A DNA stretch of 64,000 nucleotides from Candidatus Poribacteria bacterium (lineage in GTDB: Bacteria > Poribacteria > WGA-4E > WGA-3G): NCBI GenBank assembly GCA_963663765.2, contig CAXXUA010000004.1:896001-960000 (forward strand), written 5' to 3'. A program made the position numbers and the translations under genes. Positions 51,969 to 61,879 of the stretch are shown in pieces (positions within the stretch are counted from its first letter, which is position 1; each line of letters starts with the position of its first letter). Below the pieces are notes generated by a model. It saw only the letters and a list, made by a program, of their open reading frames with translations, was not told where the DNA came from and ran no database searches.

Positions 51969-52567
51969 GGGTGTGTAAAGTTTTTGTAGAAACCCTGATA
52001 TTAAAAGAAGTACGTCCAGTTTCTATTAATGGTTACTTGACGTTAGGGAACTGTGGACATCGTAGAGGCGAGGTTTCCTCGCTCGCGTAAAACTTCTGTT
52101 CGGGCAGGGAGACCCAGCCCCATTGGCGTCTATTTAAGGATTTTGACCTCTTGTGGGCTTTCTTTTACCCATAAGTTTTTGGGTATTGTCCGTTAAGTCT
52201 TTTGTGGGTGCCTATTGCTCAAAAACACCTGAAAACTGACCAATATTTTAGATGGTAGAATACCGTTATAGGCTTTTTAGACAAGTTTCACAAGATTTTT
52301 TAGTTCTTATGACCAGTTTTCTGTAATCTATCGGGGTTAGAAACCCCTCCTACAGCAGCATGGCGTGCCTTTGTACCTCCAATTTGACTTATGGGTAAAA
52401 GTAAGCTTGTGGGAGGGGTTTTCAACCCCGATTTGACAGAAAATAATCATAAAATCGGGGTTGAAAACCCCTCCCACAAGAGAATATACAACACTACTTC
52501 TTAAATTGACGTCTATAGGGTGGGGAGACCCCGTCCCTACGTCCTGTAACCAAAACTTTACACACCC
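51969..52567. mobile_element. nested MITEs D > H (52121-52517) > I (52158-52405)
   Basis: D TIRs; H flanked by a duplicated 19-bp hairpin; I flanked by CTTGTGGG. Confidence 0.8.
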
Positions 52568-52655
52568 GCAGGGTTCAGGTGTATTCAGTATTAAGAATCT
52601 ATCGTAATAGCAGTTAACTTTGGGTTAAGATTAGTGAAGTGTATAGTGATTTTTG

Positions 52656-52774
52656 CAGTGGTATTTAGTTTTAGGTATTTTAGCTGTTTCCTGAGAAAAT
52701 CGCGATTGGGATGTCGCTCCTACTGCGGGGTTATTTTTGGAATAATCCAAAAATAGGAAAACTGAATAACCTTA
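52656..52774. mobile_element. MITE family A, inverted and degenerate
   Basis: Reverse complement of the 13222 and 20762 copies. Confidence 0.65.
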
Positions 52775-52785
52775 GCCTTTTTTGG

Positions 52786-52814
52786 TTGACAATCACACAC
52801 AAATTGAGTATCCT
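52786..52814 (+). promoter_or_regulatory. sigma70 promoter of the molybdoenzyme operon
   Basis: TTGACA-N17-TATCCT. Confidence 0.5.
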
Positions 52815-52873
52815 TATAACAAGGAATTAATCAGTACAGCAGTGGAAAAACAGATAGAAATGGAGGAACAGAT

Positions 52874-53728
52874 GTGAAAAATTTTGAGTTTTTTGAACCG
52901 ACCACCCTTCCTGAAGCGTCCCGCTTGTTTGCACAAGAACATGCACAGTTGCTCGCAGGTGGGACTGACCTTGTAATCGGTATGAAGGCATATTCGGAAA
53001 CACCGCAAACAGTCATTAGCCTGCAGAAAATTCCAGGATTAGACGGTATCAACACTGATACAGACAATAGCATCACTATTGGCGCTATGACAAATGTACG
53101 GGAAGTTGAACTATCAGAGGATATAAAGAAACTCCACACCGCATTATCAGAAGGAGCATTGGAAATCGGTTCTATTCAGATACGCAACCTTGCAACTATC
53201 GGAGGAAACATTGCACATGCATCCCCCGCAGCAGATACAGTCGCAGGTTTGCTCGTAGCTGACGCACAGGTTGACATCGCAAGTGCTGATGGAGGACGAT
53301 CAGTACCAATAAATGAACTTTTCACAGGACCAGGACAGACCGTCCTAAAACCAGGAGAGATTATTACGCAATTTCGTCTACCAAAGCCTGCTTCAGGTTC
53401 ACACTATATCAAACATAAAATCCGTGAAGTGATGGATTTAGCATTTATCGGTGTTGCATCTGCTGTCAACTTAGACAACGGAACAATTACAGATGCAAAA
53501 ATAGGTCTTGCAGCTGTCGCACCAACACCTATCCGCGCAACTGCAGCAGAAAACTTACTGAAAGGAAAAGAAATCACGACTGAACTCATAGAACAAGCAG
53601 GTGAAGCAGCTGCCGCCGAAACAAGTCCAATATCCGATTTACGATGTTCCGCTGAACACCGAAGAGAAATGGTTAATGTTCTTACAAAACGAACACTGCA
53701 ACGCGCTTTGGAACGTGCAAGTGAATAA
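52874..53728 (+). CDS. xanthine dehydrogenase/CoxM-family FAD-binding subunit
   Basis: LAGGTDL, QIRNLATIGGNI..ASPAAD, PISDLR. Confidence 0.92.
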   Translation: MKNFEFFEPTTLPEASRLFAQEHAQLLAGGTDLVIGMKAYSETPQTVISLQKIPGLDGINTDTDNSITIGAMTNVREVELSEDIKKLHTALSEGALEIGSIQIRNLATIGGNIAHASPAADTVAGLLVADAQVDIASADGGRSVPINELFTGPGQTVLKPGEIITQFRLPKPASGSHYIKHKIREVMDLAFIGVASAVNLDNGTITDAKIGLAAVAPTPIRATAAENLLKGKEITTELIEQAGEAAAAETSPISDLRCSAEHRREMVNVLTKRTLQRALERASE

Positions 53729-53799
53729 AGATTGAAAAAGAATTCGCAAGCAACGACTTTCAGACTTCACTACGAAAATCTCAGTCAAGGAGAACAAAT

Positions 53800-54279
53800 A
53801 TGGCAAAACACCCTGTCAATCTTAAAGTCAACGGAGATGAACACGATTTACTCATTGAACCCCGCAAAACCCTACTGGCAGTACTACGCGATACAATCGG
53901 TTTGACAGGTACCAAAGAAGGTTGCAGCACAGGGGATTGCGGTGCATGCACCGTCATTGTAGGCGGGAAAGCTGTCACATCTTGTATGGTACTCGGTGTT
54001 ACCGCATCAGGTAAGGAAATAACTACTATAGAGGGATTAGCCACTGATGGCGAACTCCACCCAATTCAACAAGCATTTATTGATACTGGCGGATACCAAT
54101 GCGGTTTTTGTACTCCCGGTTTCATCATGGCATCAAAGGTTCTTGTAGATGAGAATCCGAAGCGGACAGAAGAAGAATTCCGATTTGCACTCGGTGGAAA
54201 TATCTGCCGATGTACAGGATACACGAAAATTCTTGAGGCAGTTCTACAAGCAGCCGAAGAAATACAAGCAAATTCATAG
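53800..54279 (+). CDS. CoxS-family 2x[2Fe-2S] subunit
   Basis: GTKEGCSTGDCGACTV, QCGFCTPG, GNICRCTGY. Confidence 0.93.
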   Translation: MAKHPVNLKVNGDEHDLLIEPRKTLLAVLRDTIGLTGTKEGCSTGDCGACTVIVGGKAVTSCMVLGVTASGKEITTIEGLATDGELHPIQQAFIDTGGYQCGFCTPGFIMASKVLVDENPKRTEEEFRFALGGNICRCTGYTKILEAVLQAAEEIQANS

Positions 54280-54325
54280 AAAACTGACAGATTTAGTTCT
54301 TTCCAACAATTAAAAGGAGAAATAG

Positions 54326-54577
54326 ATGGGAAAAACAAAACGAGGAAAAGGTATTAGACATCTTTACATTGACCCTAACGGAACAGTTCATCAAGGTCTA
54401 TACAATAATGGACGCGGTACTTGTCCCGCATGCAATCGGACCGGTGTCAAAGTACTGTCTGACCATTATAGTGTAGAGGTAGGTGAGGATACCGTAGTCG
54501 TCTGCAAAAGATGTTATACCGCAATAGAACGTGGAAAAATAGAACTCCCAGCTGCAACGAACGCCGCTGCGGAATAG
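54326..54577 (+). CDS. small Cys-rich (zinc-ribbon-like) protein
   Basis: AAGGAG RBS; GRGTCPACNRTGVK…VCKRC. Confidence 0.7.
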   Translation: MGKTKRGKGIRHLYIDPNGTVHQGLYNNGRGTCPACNRTGVKVLSDHYSVEVGEDTVVVCKRCYTAIERGKIELPAATNAAAE

Positions 54578-54714
54578 CATGTTTTACCTACATAAGAATG
54601 ATATATAATTGCATTAATTATATACATACCTGGTAGGAGGAACCTATCGGTCGCGTCCGGGAGGTCCCCCCTACCATATATATATATAACTTGCTATAGA
54701 GAAAGGAGAACTGC

Positions 54715-57018
54715 ATGTCAGAATATAATGTTGTCGGTCAAAAACTACCACGTGTTGATGCTGTTGAAAAAGTTACGGGTGCCGCACAATACGGCGCAGA
54801 TATCCATCCAGCTGGAATGCTATACGGTAAGGTCGTTAGAAGCGCACACGCACACGCAAACATAATCAGAATTGACACTACCGAAGCAGAAAAACTTCCC
54901 GGTGTCAGAGCAATCGTCACACAGGAAGACGTACCCAGTGGAAGTAGAATCTTTGCAACGGACAAAGTACTATACTTGGGAGAACCGATAGCCGCAGTCG
55001 CAGCAACGGATCCAGATATTGCCGAAGAAGCAGCCAAACTCATCAACATCGAATACGAAGTACTGCCCACCGTTCAAGATGTAATGCAAGCCATAAAACA
55101 GGACGCACCACGTCTGCACGGAGATGCAACAAAAGACGGACCAAATCGCAGAGACATCATCGCAAAAATAAAGCAACTCTCTGAAAATCAGGAAGTGGAT
55201 AACAACGAGGAAATTCGAAGACTTGAGACTGAATTAGAGAAATATTCCGATGAAATCTATTACAATATTTCTGCTGAAACACATAACGCTGCAGGAGATG
55301 TTGAAAAAGGTTTTGCAGAGTCAGACATCGTTGTTGAGGATACTTATGTGATACCGCGTGTGCATCAAACATACATGGAACCACATGTATCTGTCGCAAG
55401 CGCAGATTCATCAGGAAAGGTCACCGTTTGGGCTTCAACGCAAGGTCCATTTGCTATCCGTTCCGGTATTGCAGGAAGACTCGGCATCCCATTGACAAAA
55501 ATAAACGTCATCGGAACAACGATGGGAGGCGGTTTTGGTGGACGATTCGGTGTAATTATCACCCACGTCCCCGCTGTGCTGCTTTCACAAAAAGCCGGTC
55601 GTCCGGTGCGTGTTCAAATGACACGTGAAGAGGAATTCCTTGATGGCAGACCCGCACCCGGTTGTGTTATCAAACTCAAAACTGGCGCAACTAAAGACGG
55701 GCATATCCTCGCACGGCAAGCACTTGCATTCTGGGATTCTGGTTCAGTCTCCGGCGCATCTATCGGAAGTACCATCCGTGTTCGCGGTGTCTACAAAATT
55801 CCAAATATCAAAATAGACGCTTACGGTGTACATACCAACAAATCTGGCACTGCTGCCTATAGAGCACCCGGTGCACCCCAAGCCATTTTTGCTGGGGAAT
55901 CGCAGCTGGACGAAATCGCAGAAAAAATCGGTATGGATCCTGTCAAATTCCGATTGATGAATATGCGCGAAGAGGGAGACTCTGTCCCCGCAGGTGGTAG
56001 CGAACCAAGAGTCGGTTACAAAGAAACGTTGGAAGCAGTTGCAGATGCTGCTGGATGGTGGGATCGTGATGCAAATGAAAACCAAGGGTGGGGAGTCGCT
56101 GTCGGTGATTGGACAAACGGTTGTGGTCCCGGTGGTGTATATGTGTCTGTCCACGAAGATGGAAGTGCACGTATCTTCCACGGATCTATGGACATCACTG
56201 GTACAGATACCGCTATCACACAAATCATCGCTGAAATCTTGACCGTTCCCTATAAAAATGTCACTATCCGACGAGGTGACACAGATTCAGCCCCGTATTC
56301 AACTGGTTCAGGTGGTAGTGTTGTCACCTTCACAATGGGGAACACTGCAAAATTGGCAGCTGAAGATGCACGTAGACGTATAATTGAACTCGCATCTGAA
56401 AGACTCAATACAAACGCTGATAACCTTGAACTTAAGGAAGGTGCTGTTCATACAATCACAGCGGATCCGCCGAAATCTATATCATTAGGTGAACTGGCAG
56501 CGTATAGTCTCTCAACAACTGGTGGTCCAATTGTAGGTAAAGGCTCTTTTGCGAGGAAACCGAGTACGCCTGCACTTGCAGCACAAATCGCGAAAGTGGA
56601 AGTTGATCCTGATACCGGTAAAACGAGAGTGTTGAAACTTGTCGCTTCACAAGATGTCGGTTTTGCTATAAACCCAATGGCTGTTGAAGGGCAAATTGAG
56701 GGTGGCGTTGTGCAAGGATACGCATGGGCTATGATGGAAGAGATGCAATACGGTGAAAACGGAAACATCAATCCCGGTTTCGTTGATTACCGCGTACCTA
56801 CATCTGCTGACCTACCGACAGTTGAATCGGTGATCGTTGAAGTACCAGCTCCCAACGGTCCTTATGGAGCCAAAGGTGTAGGGGAACCACCCATCACACC
56901 AACATTAGCAACAATGGCTAATGCTGTCAAAGACGCTATCGGAGTTCGGATAACCGAACTTCCAATCAAACCCGAAAAGGTTGTTGAAGCACTGAAGAAT
57001 AACGGACACAAAACGTAG
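54715..57018 (+). CDS. CoxL/xanthine dehydrogenase-family molybdopterin-binding subunit
   Basis: KVTG.A.YGAD, GGGFGG, AYRAPG, VEGQIEGG, GAKGVGE. Confidence 0.92.
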   Translation: MSEYNVVGQKLPRVDAVEKVTGAAQYGADIHPAGMLYGKVVRSAHAHANIIRIDTTEAEKLPGVRAIVTQEDVPSGSRIFATDKVLYLGEPIAAVAATDPDIAEEAAKLINIEYEVLPTVQDVMQAIKQDAPRLHGDATKDGPNRRDIIAKIKQLSENQEVDNNEEIRRLETELEKYSDEIYYNISAETHNAAGDVEKGFAESDIVVEDTYVIPRVHQTYMEPHVSVASADSSGKVTVWASTQGPFAIRSGIAGRLGIPLTKINVIGTTMGGGFGGRFGVIITHVPAVLLSQKAGRPVRVQMTREEEFLDGRPAPGCVIKLKTGATKDGHILARQALAFWDSGSVSGASIGSTIRVRGVYKIPNIKIDAYGVHTNKSGTAAYRAPGAPQAIFAGESQLDEIAEKIGMDPVKFRLMNMREEGDSVPAGGSEPRVGYKETLEAVADAAGWWDRDANENQGWGVAVGDWTNGCGPGGVYVSVHEDGSARIFHGSMDITGTDTAITQIIAEILTVPYKNVTIRRGDTDSAPYSTGSGGSVVTFTMGNTAKLAAEDARRRIIELASERLNTNADNLELKEGAVHTITADPPKSISLGELAAYSLSTTGGPIVGKGSFARKPSTPALAAQIAKVEVDPDTGKTRVLKLVASQDVGFAINPMAVEGQIEGGVVQGYAWAMMEEMQYGENGNINPGFVDYRVPTSADLPTVESVIVEVPAPNGPYGAKGVGEPPITPTLATMANAVKDAIGVRITELPIKPEKVVEALKNNGHKT

Positions 57019-57076
57019 TTTTTCTTACAAAGGTTTTGTGATGCATTCGTGTTTTGCAAAACCTTAACTACAAGAA

Positions 57077-58129
57077 CTAAAATTCGTTAAACACTTTCAC
57101 TGGTCTACCAGTTTCAATAGATTCCCATGCAGCAACCCCTACAGCTATAGACTTTGCACCGTCGATGACATTCGGAGATGGTTCCAAATCTTCTTCAAGA
57201 CACTCCTGAAAATGACGCATATATCGGATAACGGTTTGACCGTGTCCATAGACACTGCTATCAACTTCAGGTGGACATGTCATTTCAAATGGTTCCCTCG
57301 CAGACATCTTATCCAACATAAGCTTTACATGTCCCTCTTTGTTATCCGTAAAATCTCCAATCATAGTGCCTTTAGTGCCATAAACAGACACTTGCATCAT
57401 CGGCATCGGTGGGTGAACAACATCATATAAACCCATGGCACGAGCAATTTGTCCGCTCTTAAACTTCAAATTCAAAAAGAAATTGTTCTTTATCGGATAC
57501 TCATGTGTAAGTTTACCTTTAGTCCCATAAGCGTGCACCTCTTCAACATCACCAAGGAAACTGCGAAGAATGTCAACAGGATGAACAACTCCCCCAAACA
57601 TTAAGTCCTGCGGTACATGCAACCGCCATGGTGTGAAATCATAAACATCCCGTAAATCATGCACATAATACGCATCCGCGACCATAATTTCACCCAGATC
57701 GCCATCGTCATATAGACGTTTCATCGTCAGAAACTGAAGATCAAAACGCATCGTCTGTCCAACAAGAAACTTGACCTTGTGCTTTCTGACTAAATCCACC
57801 AACCGTTGTGCATCTACTAACGTCGTCACCATCGGTTTAGTGCAAACCACATGCTTGCCTGCCTCAATCGCTGCAATACAATGTTCCGCATGTAAATGGT
57901 CAGGAGAATAAACCGCAACAACTGATATATCCTCACGATGAAGCAATTCCCTGTAATCTGTCGTCCAAAAACCAACACCAAGTTGCTTCGCGTAGTTTTC
58001 AAGCACATCCTCCCTTTTTGCACAGATACCGCGTAGGTCATATTTTAGGTCGAGTACATCCTTTAGCAGTGCCGCAGTCGAACCCATATTTGTGGGATTT
58101 ATTCCAATTACACCCAATCCTATTTCCAT
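57077..58129 (-). CDS. Gfo/Idh/MocA oxidoreductase
   Basis: YSPDHLH, GKHVVCTKP, HPVD. Confidence 0.85.
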   Translation of the reverse strand: MEIGLGVIGINPTNMGSTAALLKDVLDLKYDLRGICAKREDVLENYAKQLGVGFWTTDYRELLHREDISVVAVYSPDHLHAEHCIAAIEAGKHVVCTKPMVTTLVDAQRLVDLVRKHKVKFLVGQTMRFDLQFLTMKRLYDDGDLGEIMVADAYYVHDLRDVYDFTPWRLHVPQDLMFGGVVHPVDILRSFLGDVEEVHAYGTKGKLTHEYPIKNNFFLNLKFKSGQIARAMGLYDVVHPPMPMMQVSVYGTKGTMIGDFTDNKEGHVKLMLDKMSAREPFEMTCPPEVDSSVYGHGQTVIRYMRHFQECLEEDLEPSPNVIDGAKSIAVGVAAWESIETGRPVKVFNEF

Positions 58130-58278
58130 ATTCTTACTCCTTTATTATTACTATTCATCGTATCACATCTAAAACTGTATCATAAGAATTATGTTGTGTT
58201 CAGATATACAAAACCAATTGTAGGATATGCCTAATTATGCTATACTATTCCCCACATTCATTCAACATTAAACACACT

Positions 58279-60003
58279 ATGAATTACGACCAAAGACCAC
58301 AATTAAATATACAACACAATGAAATGGTATCACATACCTTAGACCGTGCCATAGCATTTCTACTTACACATCAACAACCCGATGGCAACTTTGAAGGACT
58401 ACTCTCCTCAAGCACTTTTCCATCCTGTGCTTATGCATGGGTACAACTGATACAAGGATCCACACCCGACACCAAACTGATTGACTGGTTCATAAACTCG
58501 CAAAAGAACGATGGTGCATGGGGATTAGACACTGCAAATCAATCTAATCCCGCCGCAACCCAATTTGTCCAATTGATATTAGAACAGATAGATAAAGAAA
58601 CACCTGACCCTCGACTCAAAAATACTATATCCCAAATTCCGCATAACCCACATGATTTAGCATTGGTCAAGCTTGCTTACGCGACCTTCAATCGTTTTGA
58701 CTGGCAGAAATTAACAATGTCCAAAAACGCGTTACCGTTGATGAAAATAGTGAAATTCTTAACCAGAATTCCCATATTGCGCGCAAAGTTGAAACCCCCA
58801 AGAAACATACTTCCCCCAGTAGACCTATTCAATACATCTCTCTTTGATGACCTATTCATCGCGGAACAACATACGTTAGTTCCTGTTTTTCTCCTAATTG
58901 AACTGAACACAGCAAAACGTCCTGACATCTTAAAGTCATTGGTTGCGTGGTTAACAGCACGTGTACTAACTGATGGTAGTTGGTTTCGTGTGAATTATAT
59001 CACTGCATTATCGGTTTTAGCTTTGATAGAATATAACAAATACTCTGGCAATGATTCTGACATATCCCATTTTATTGAGAAAGGCATAAAATGGTTACAA
59101 TCTACTCAAAACCCTGATGGTGGTTGTAGGGAAGCAATAAATCTCAATGTGTGGGATACTGCACTCAGCGTTATCGCAATGACTGAGGTAAACAGAGAAA
59201 ACATAGTAACCACAAATTCAATCCAAAAAGCAGCACAATGGCTTGTGGAACATCAAAATGACGACGGTGGATGGGCATTTTCCGGATTGACTGAAAGCAC
59301 GCTTCCCAGCGATGCCGATGATTCTGCTTTAGCAACACTCGCAATAATTCGCGCAAATCTATCATCCGATAGTGCAAAGAACGCTATAAACAGGGGTATT
59401 CAATGGTTGATACACAACCAAAGTTCAGACGGAAGTTGGAGCACATACCAACCCGGACAAGGTGATGTCGGATGTGTCAGTATTACTTCACATGCGATTG
59501 AAACGTTATTAGCAAACGATAGCAATGAGGTGTCAATAAATCGTGCAATACAATGGCTACGCACAAACATTCAAAACGACGGTTATTGGGACGATTTGTG
59601 GTTAGCAAAACGCACTTACGGTACTGCGTGCGCACTTGTCGCACTGGTAAAAGCAGGTTTCGCAGACGTTCCAGAAATCACAAAAGCGGTACATTGGTTG
59701 GATCAGATACAAAACTCCGATGGGGGATGGGGAGAAGATATGTTCGGTAATCCTACTAAAAGCACTATTGAACAGACTGCATGGTGCACCTACGCTTTAC
59801 TACTTGTCAATGCAGAACATATTGCAGCACAGAAAGGGATTGAATTCCTAATTGGACATCAAAGAGAAAACGGTTCATGGCAAGAGAGTTGTGTCGGTAT
59901 CTATTGGGAAATCATTGGCGGATACAGCGATCCAATATATGCCTCTGTCTTCCCAATCTTAGCACTAAACCAATATGTCAATAATACCATGAAGTCAGTT
60001 TAA
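58279..60003 (+). CDS. squalene-hopene cyclase-like terpene cyclase
   Basis: QW repeats (Q..DG.W), VWDTAL, GGWAF, DADDSA, YGTA; start codon uncertain. Confidence 0.75.
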   Translation: MNYDQRPQLNIQHNEMVSHTLDRAIAFLLTHQQPDGNFEGLLSSSTFPSCAYAWVQLIQGSTPDTKLIDWFINSQKNDGAWGLDTANQSNPAATQFVQLILEQIDKETPDPRLKNTISQIPHNPHDLALVKLAYATFNRFDWQKLTMSKNALPLMKIVKFLTRIPILRAKLKPPRNILPPVDLFNTSLFDDLFIAEQHTLVPVFLLIELNTAKRPDILKSLVAWLTARVLTDGSWFRVNYITALSVLALIEYNKYSGNDSDISHFIEKGIKWLQSTQNPDGGCREAINLNVWDTALSVIAMTEVNRENIVTTNSIQKAAQWLVEHQNDDGGWAFSGLTESTLPSDADDSALATLAIIRANLSSDSAKNAINRGIQWLIHNQSSDGSWSTYQPGQGDVGCVSITSHAIETLLANDSNEVSINRAIQWLRTNIQNDGYWDDLWLAKRTYGTACALVALVKAGFADVPEITKAVHWLDQIQNSDGGWGEDMFGNPTKSTIEQTAWCTYALLLVNAEHIAAQKGIEFLIGHQRENGSWQESCVGIYWEIIGGYSDPIYASVFPILALNQYVNNTMKSV

Positions 60004-60026
60004 AACCTATTGTGGTAGAATTAAAA

Positions 60027-60698
60027 ATGATCTCTGTCATCATACCAATTCTGAACGAAGCAAAAATATTGAATCAAACGCTCTCAAGACTAAAACCAGA
60101 ATTGGCAGACCACGAACTTATTATTGTTGATGGTGGAAGCACGGACGAATCTGTAATTATCGCAGAAAAGTACGGAAAGGTCGTTGCGTCTCAGCGCGGA
60201 CGCGCAAAACAACTGAATGTTGGGGCTTCGGCTGCTTCGGGTGATATTCTACTCTTTTTACACGCTGATGTCTGGCTTGAACCGGGGGCATTGAATGCTG
60301 TTGAAACTACACTATCATCGGGTTATGTAGGTGGTGGATTTTGTCAAAAGATTGATGCAAAAAACTTACTATATCGCCTAATTGAGAAAACTGCAGATAT
60401 GCGAGGAAAGTATCAAAAGGTCTTCTATGGAGACAGTGGTATTTTCGTAAGAAAAGACATATTTGAACGCATCGGAGGATTTCCAGACGTTCCAATTATG
60501 GAAGAATTGAGATTTTCTAAGCAATTACGTCGGTTAGGCAAAACAAGTATGGTCAAACCACATATCCATATCTCTGCACGACGATGGGAGACCAATGGAA
60601 TCATACGAACAACACTTAAGAACTGGTATATCACAGCATTATATCACTGCGGTTTCTCATTGGAACAACTGGCAAAAATATATCAAGATATTCGATAA
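60027..60698 (+). CDS. GT2 glycosyltransferase (TIGR04283-like)
   Basis: ISVIIP.LNE, VDGGSTD, GRAKQLN.GA, FLHAD, YGD, SARRW. Confidence 0.85.
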   Translation: MISVIIPILNEAKILNQTLSRLKPELADHELIIVDGGSTDESVIIAEKYGKVVASQRGRAKQLNVGASAASGDILLFLHADVWLEPGALNAVETTLSSGYVGGGFCQKIDAKNLLYRLIEKTADMRGKYQKVFYGDSGIFVRKDIFERIGGFPDVPIMEELRFSKQLRRLGKTSMVKPHIHISARRWETNGIIRTTLKNWYITALYHCGFSLEQLAKIYQDIR

Positions 60699-60757
60699 GA
60701 AAAACCTAACGCAGCAATAATATATCCGCTACCACTACGTTAGGCTAATAGATACTA

Positions 60758-61633
60758 TTAACGTGACTTTTTAACTTCTCCCCAAGTTGTTGCTAATTTA
60801 TTCTGTGCATGGACTTCTAAAGAAGCATTGACAATTAACCAATTCTCAATGAATTCAGCAACACCGATTCCACGTGGATCAGTTCCAATCCAAGTAGGTG
60901 TAGCTGATTGCCACATTGCAGCAATAATACCAAAACCATCTTTGCCTTCATCTTTACTGATAGCAACAGCCGGATCACCGTTATTATCACCTGATCGTGC
61001 AAATACTACAACATCATAGTTTGTGTTAGCAAACTGTTCTAAATGCCATGGACGATGAGAAGTGAATACCTTCAATGATGGGATATACATCATACCTTCA
61101 TCGGTAGGAGTCATACTAAAACTTCCCGCTCCGCGATCACCAAAGTCTAAACCAGAAATATCAAAGACGTTAGCTGCGCCAGCTCCAGCATTTTCTGCAC
61201 TTCTAGCTCCACCTTCATAACTCATGTAGAAAATCCAATCAGCAACGTTAATGACAATGTTCCCAGCTTCAATGAAGTTCTCTATAATTGAACCGTCCGG
61301 TTTTAAGTTGGGAAATGGATATAGTCCGCTTGGTGTTGTCCCACAAGCAAGAATTATTACATCTTGTCGACCATTGTCTGTATGTCTAACACACCACTGC
61401 GCTAACGGAGATTCTTCTCCTACTTCATCACCATCACCGAAGTTTTCTATATTATCAAACGCTTTAATGACCCCTGCATGGTTCATGATTGTTTCTGTAT
61501 TGTTTTTAACAGCATCAGCTGTAATCCAGTCCGGATTAGAGGGACCAGAGTAAATTGCTAAGTCACCCGCAAATACTATGCATGCACCTAACAATATGCC
61601 AAATATGGCATAACATATAGAACTCTTGATCAT
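60758..61633 (-). CDS. secreted hypothetical protein with a C-terminal KLATTWG motif
   Basis: Signal peptide; ends EVHAQNKLATTWGEVKKSR. Confidence 0.75.
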   Translation of the reverse strand: MIKSSICYAIFGILLGACIVFAGDLAIYSGPSNPDWITADAVKNNTETIMNHAGVIKAFDNIENFGDGDEVGEESPLAQWCVRHTDNGRQDVIILACGTTPSGLYPFPNLKPDGSIIENFIEAGNIVINVADWIFYMSYEGGARSAENAGAGAANVFDISGLDFGDRGAGSFSMTPTDEGMMYIPSLKVFTSHRPWHLEQFANTNYDVVVFARSGDNNGDPAVAISKDEGKDGFGIIAAMWQSATPTWIGTDPRGIGVAEFIENWLIVNASLEVHAQNKLATTWGEVKKSR

Positions 61634-61879
61634 AAAAAAAATTCTCCTTTAAAATAGTAAGATACTAATAGAATCTATTTGCTCAGTTTTCTGCAAAACT
61701 TCACAATAGAGACACATCAGAATTGCCAATTTATTACTCCATTCATAGAGCAAAATTCAATACATATATACAGTAAAGCATATAATTATTTGGACTTTTT
61801 TGTAGTACAACACCCGCAGTCCGTTAGGGTGCAAAAACCATAGAACAAAGTGTTTAGGTTAAACCAAACAAACTAAAAA

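Noticed and set aside
54715-57018. Form I aerobic CO dehydrogenase (coxL)
   Set aside because: Active-site loop is AYRAPG, not AYxCSFR; no coxDEFG genes
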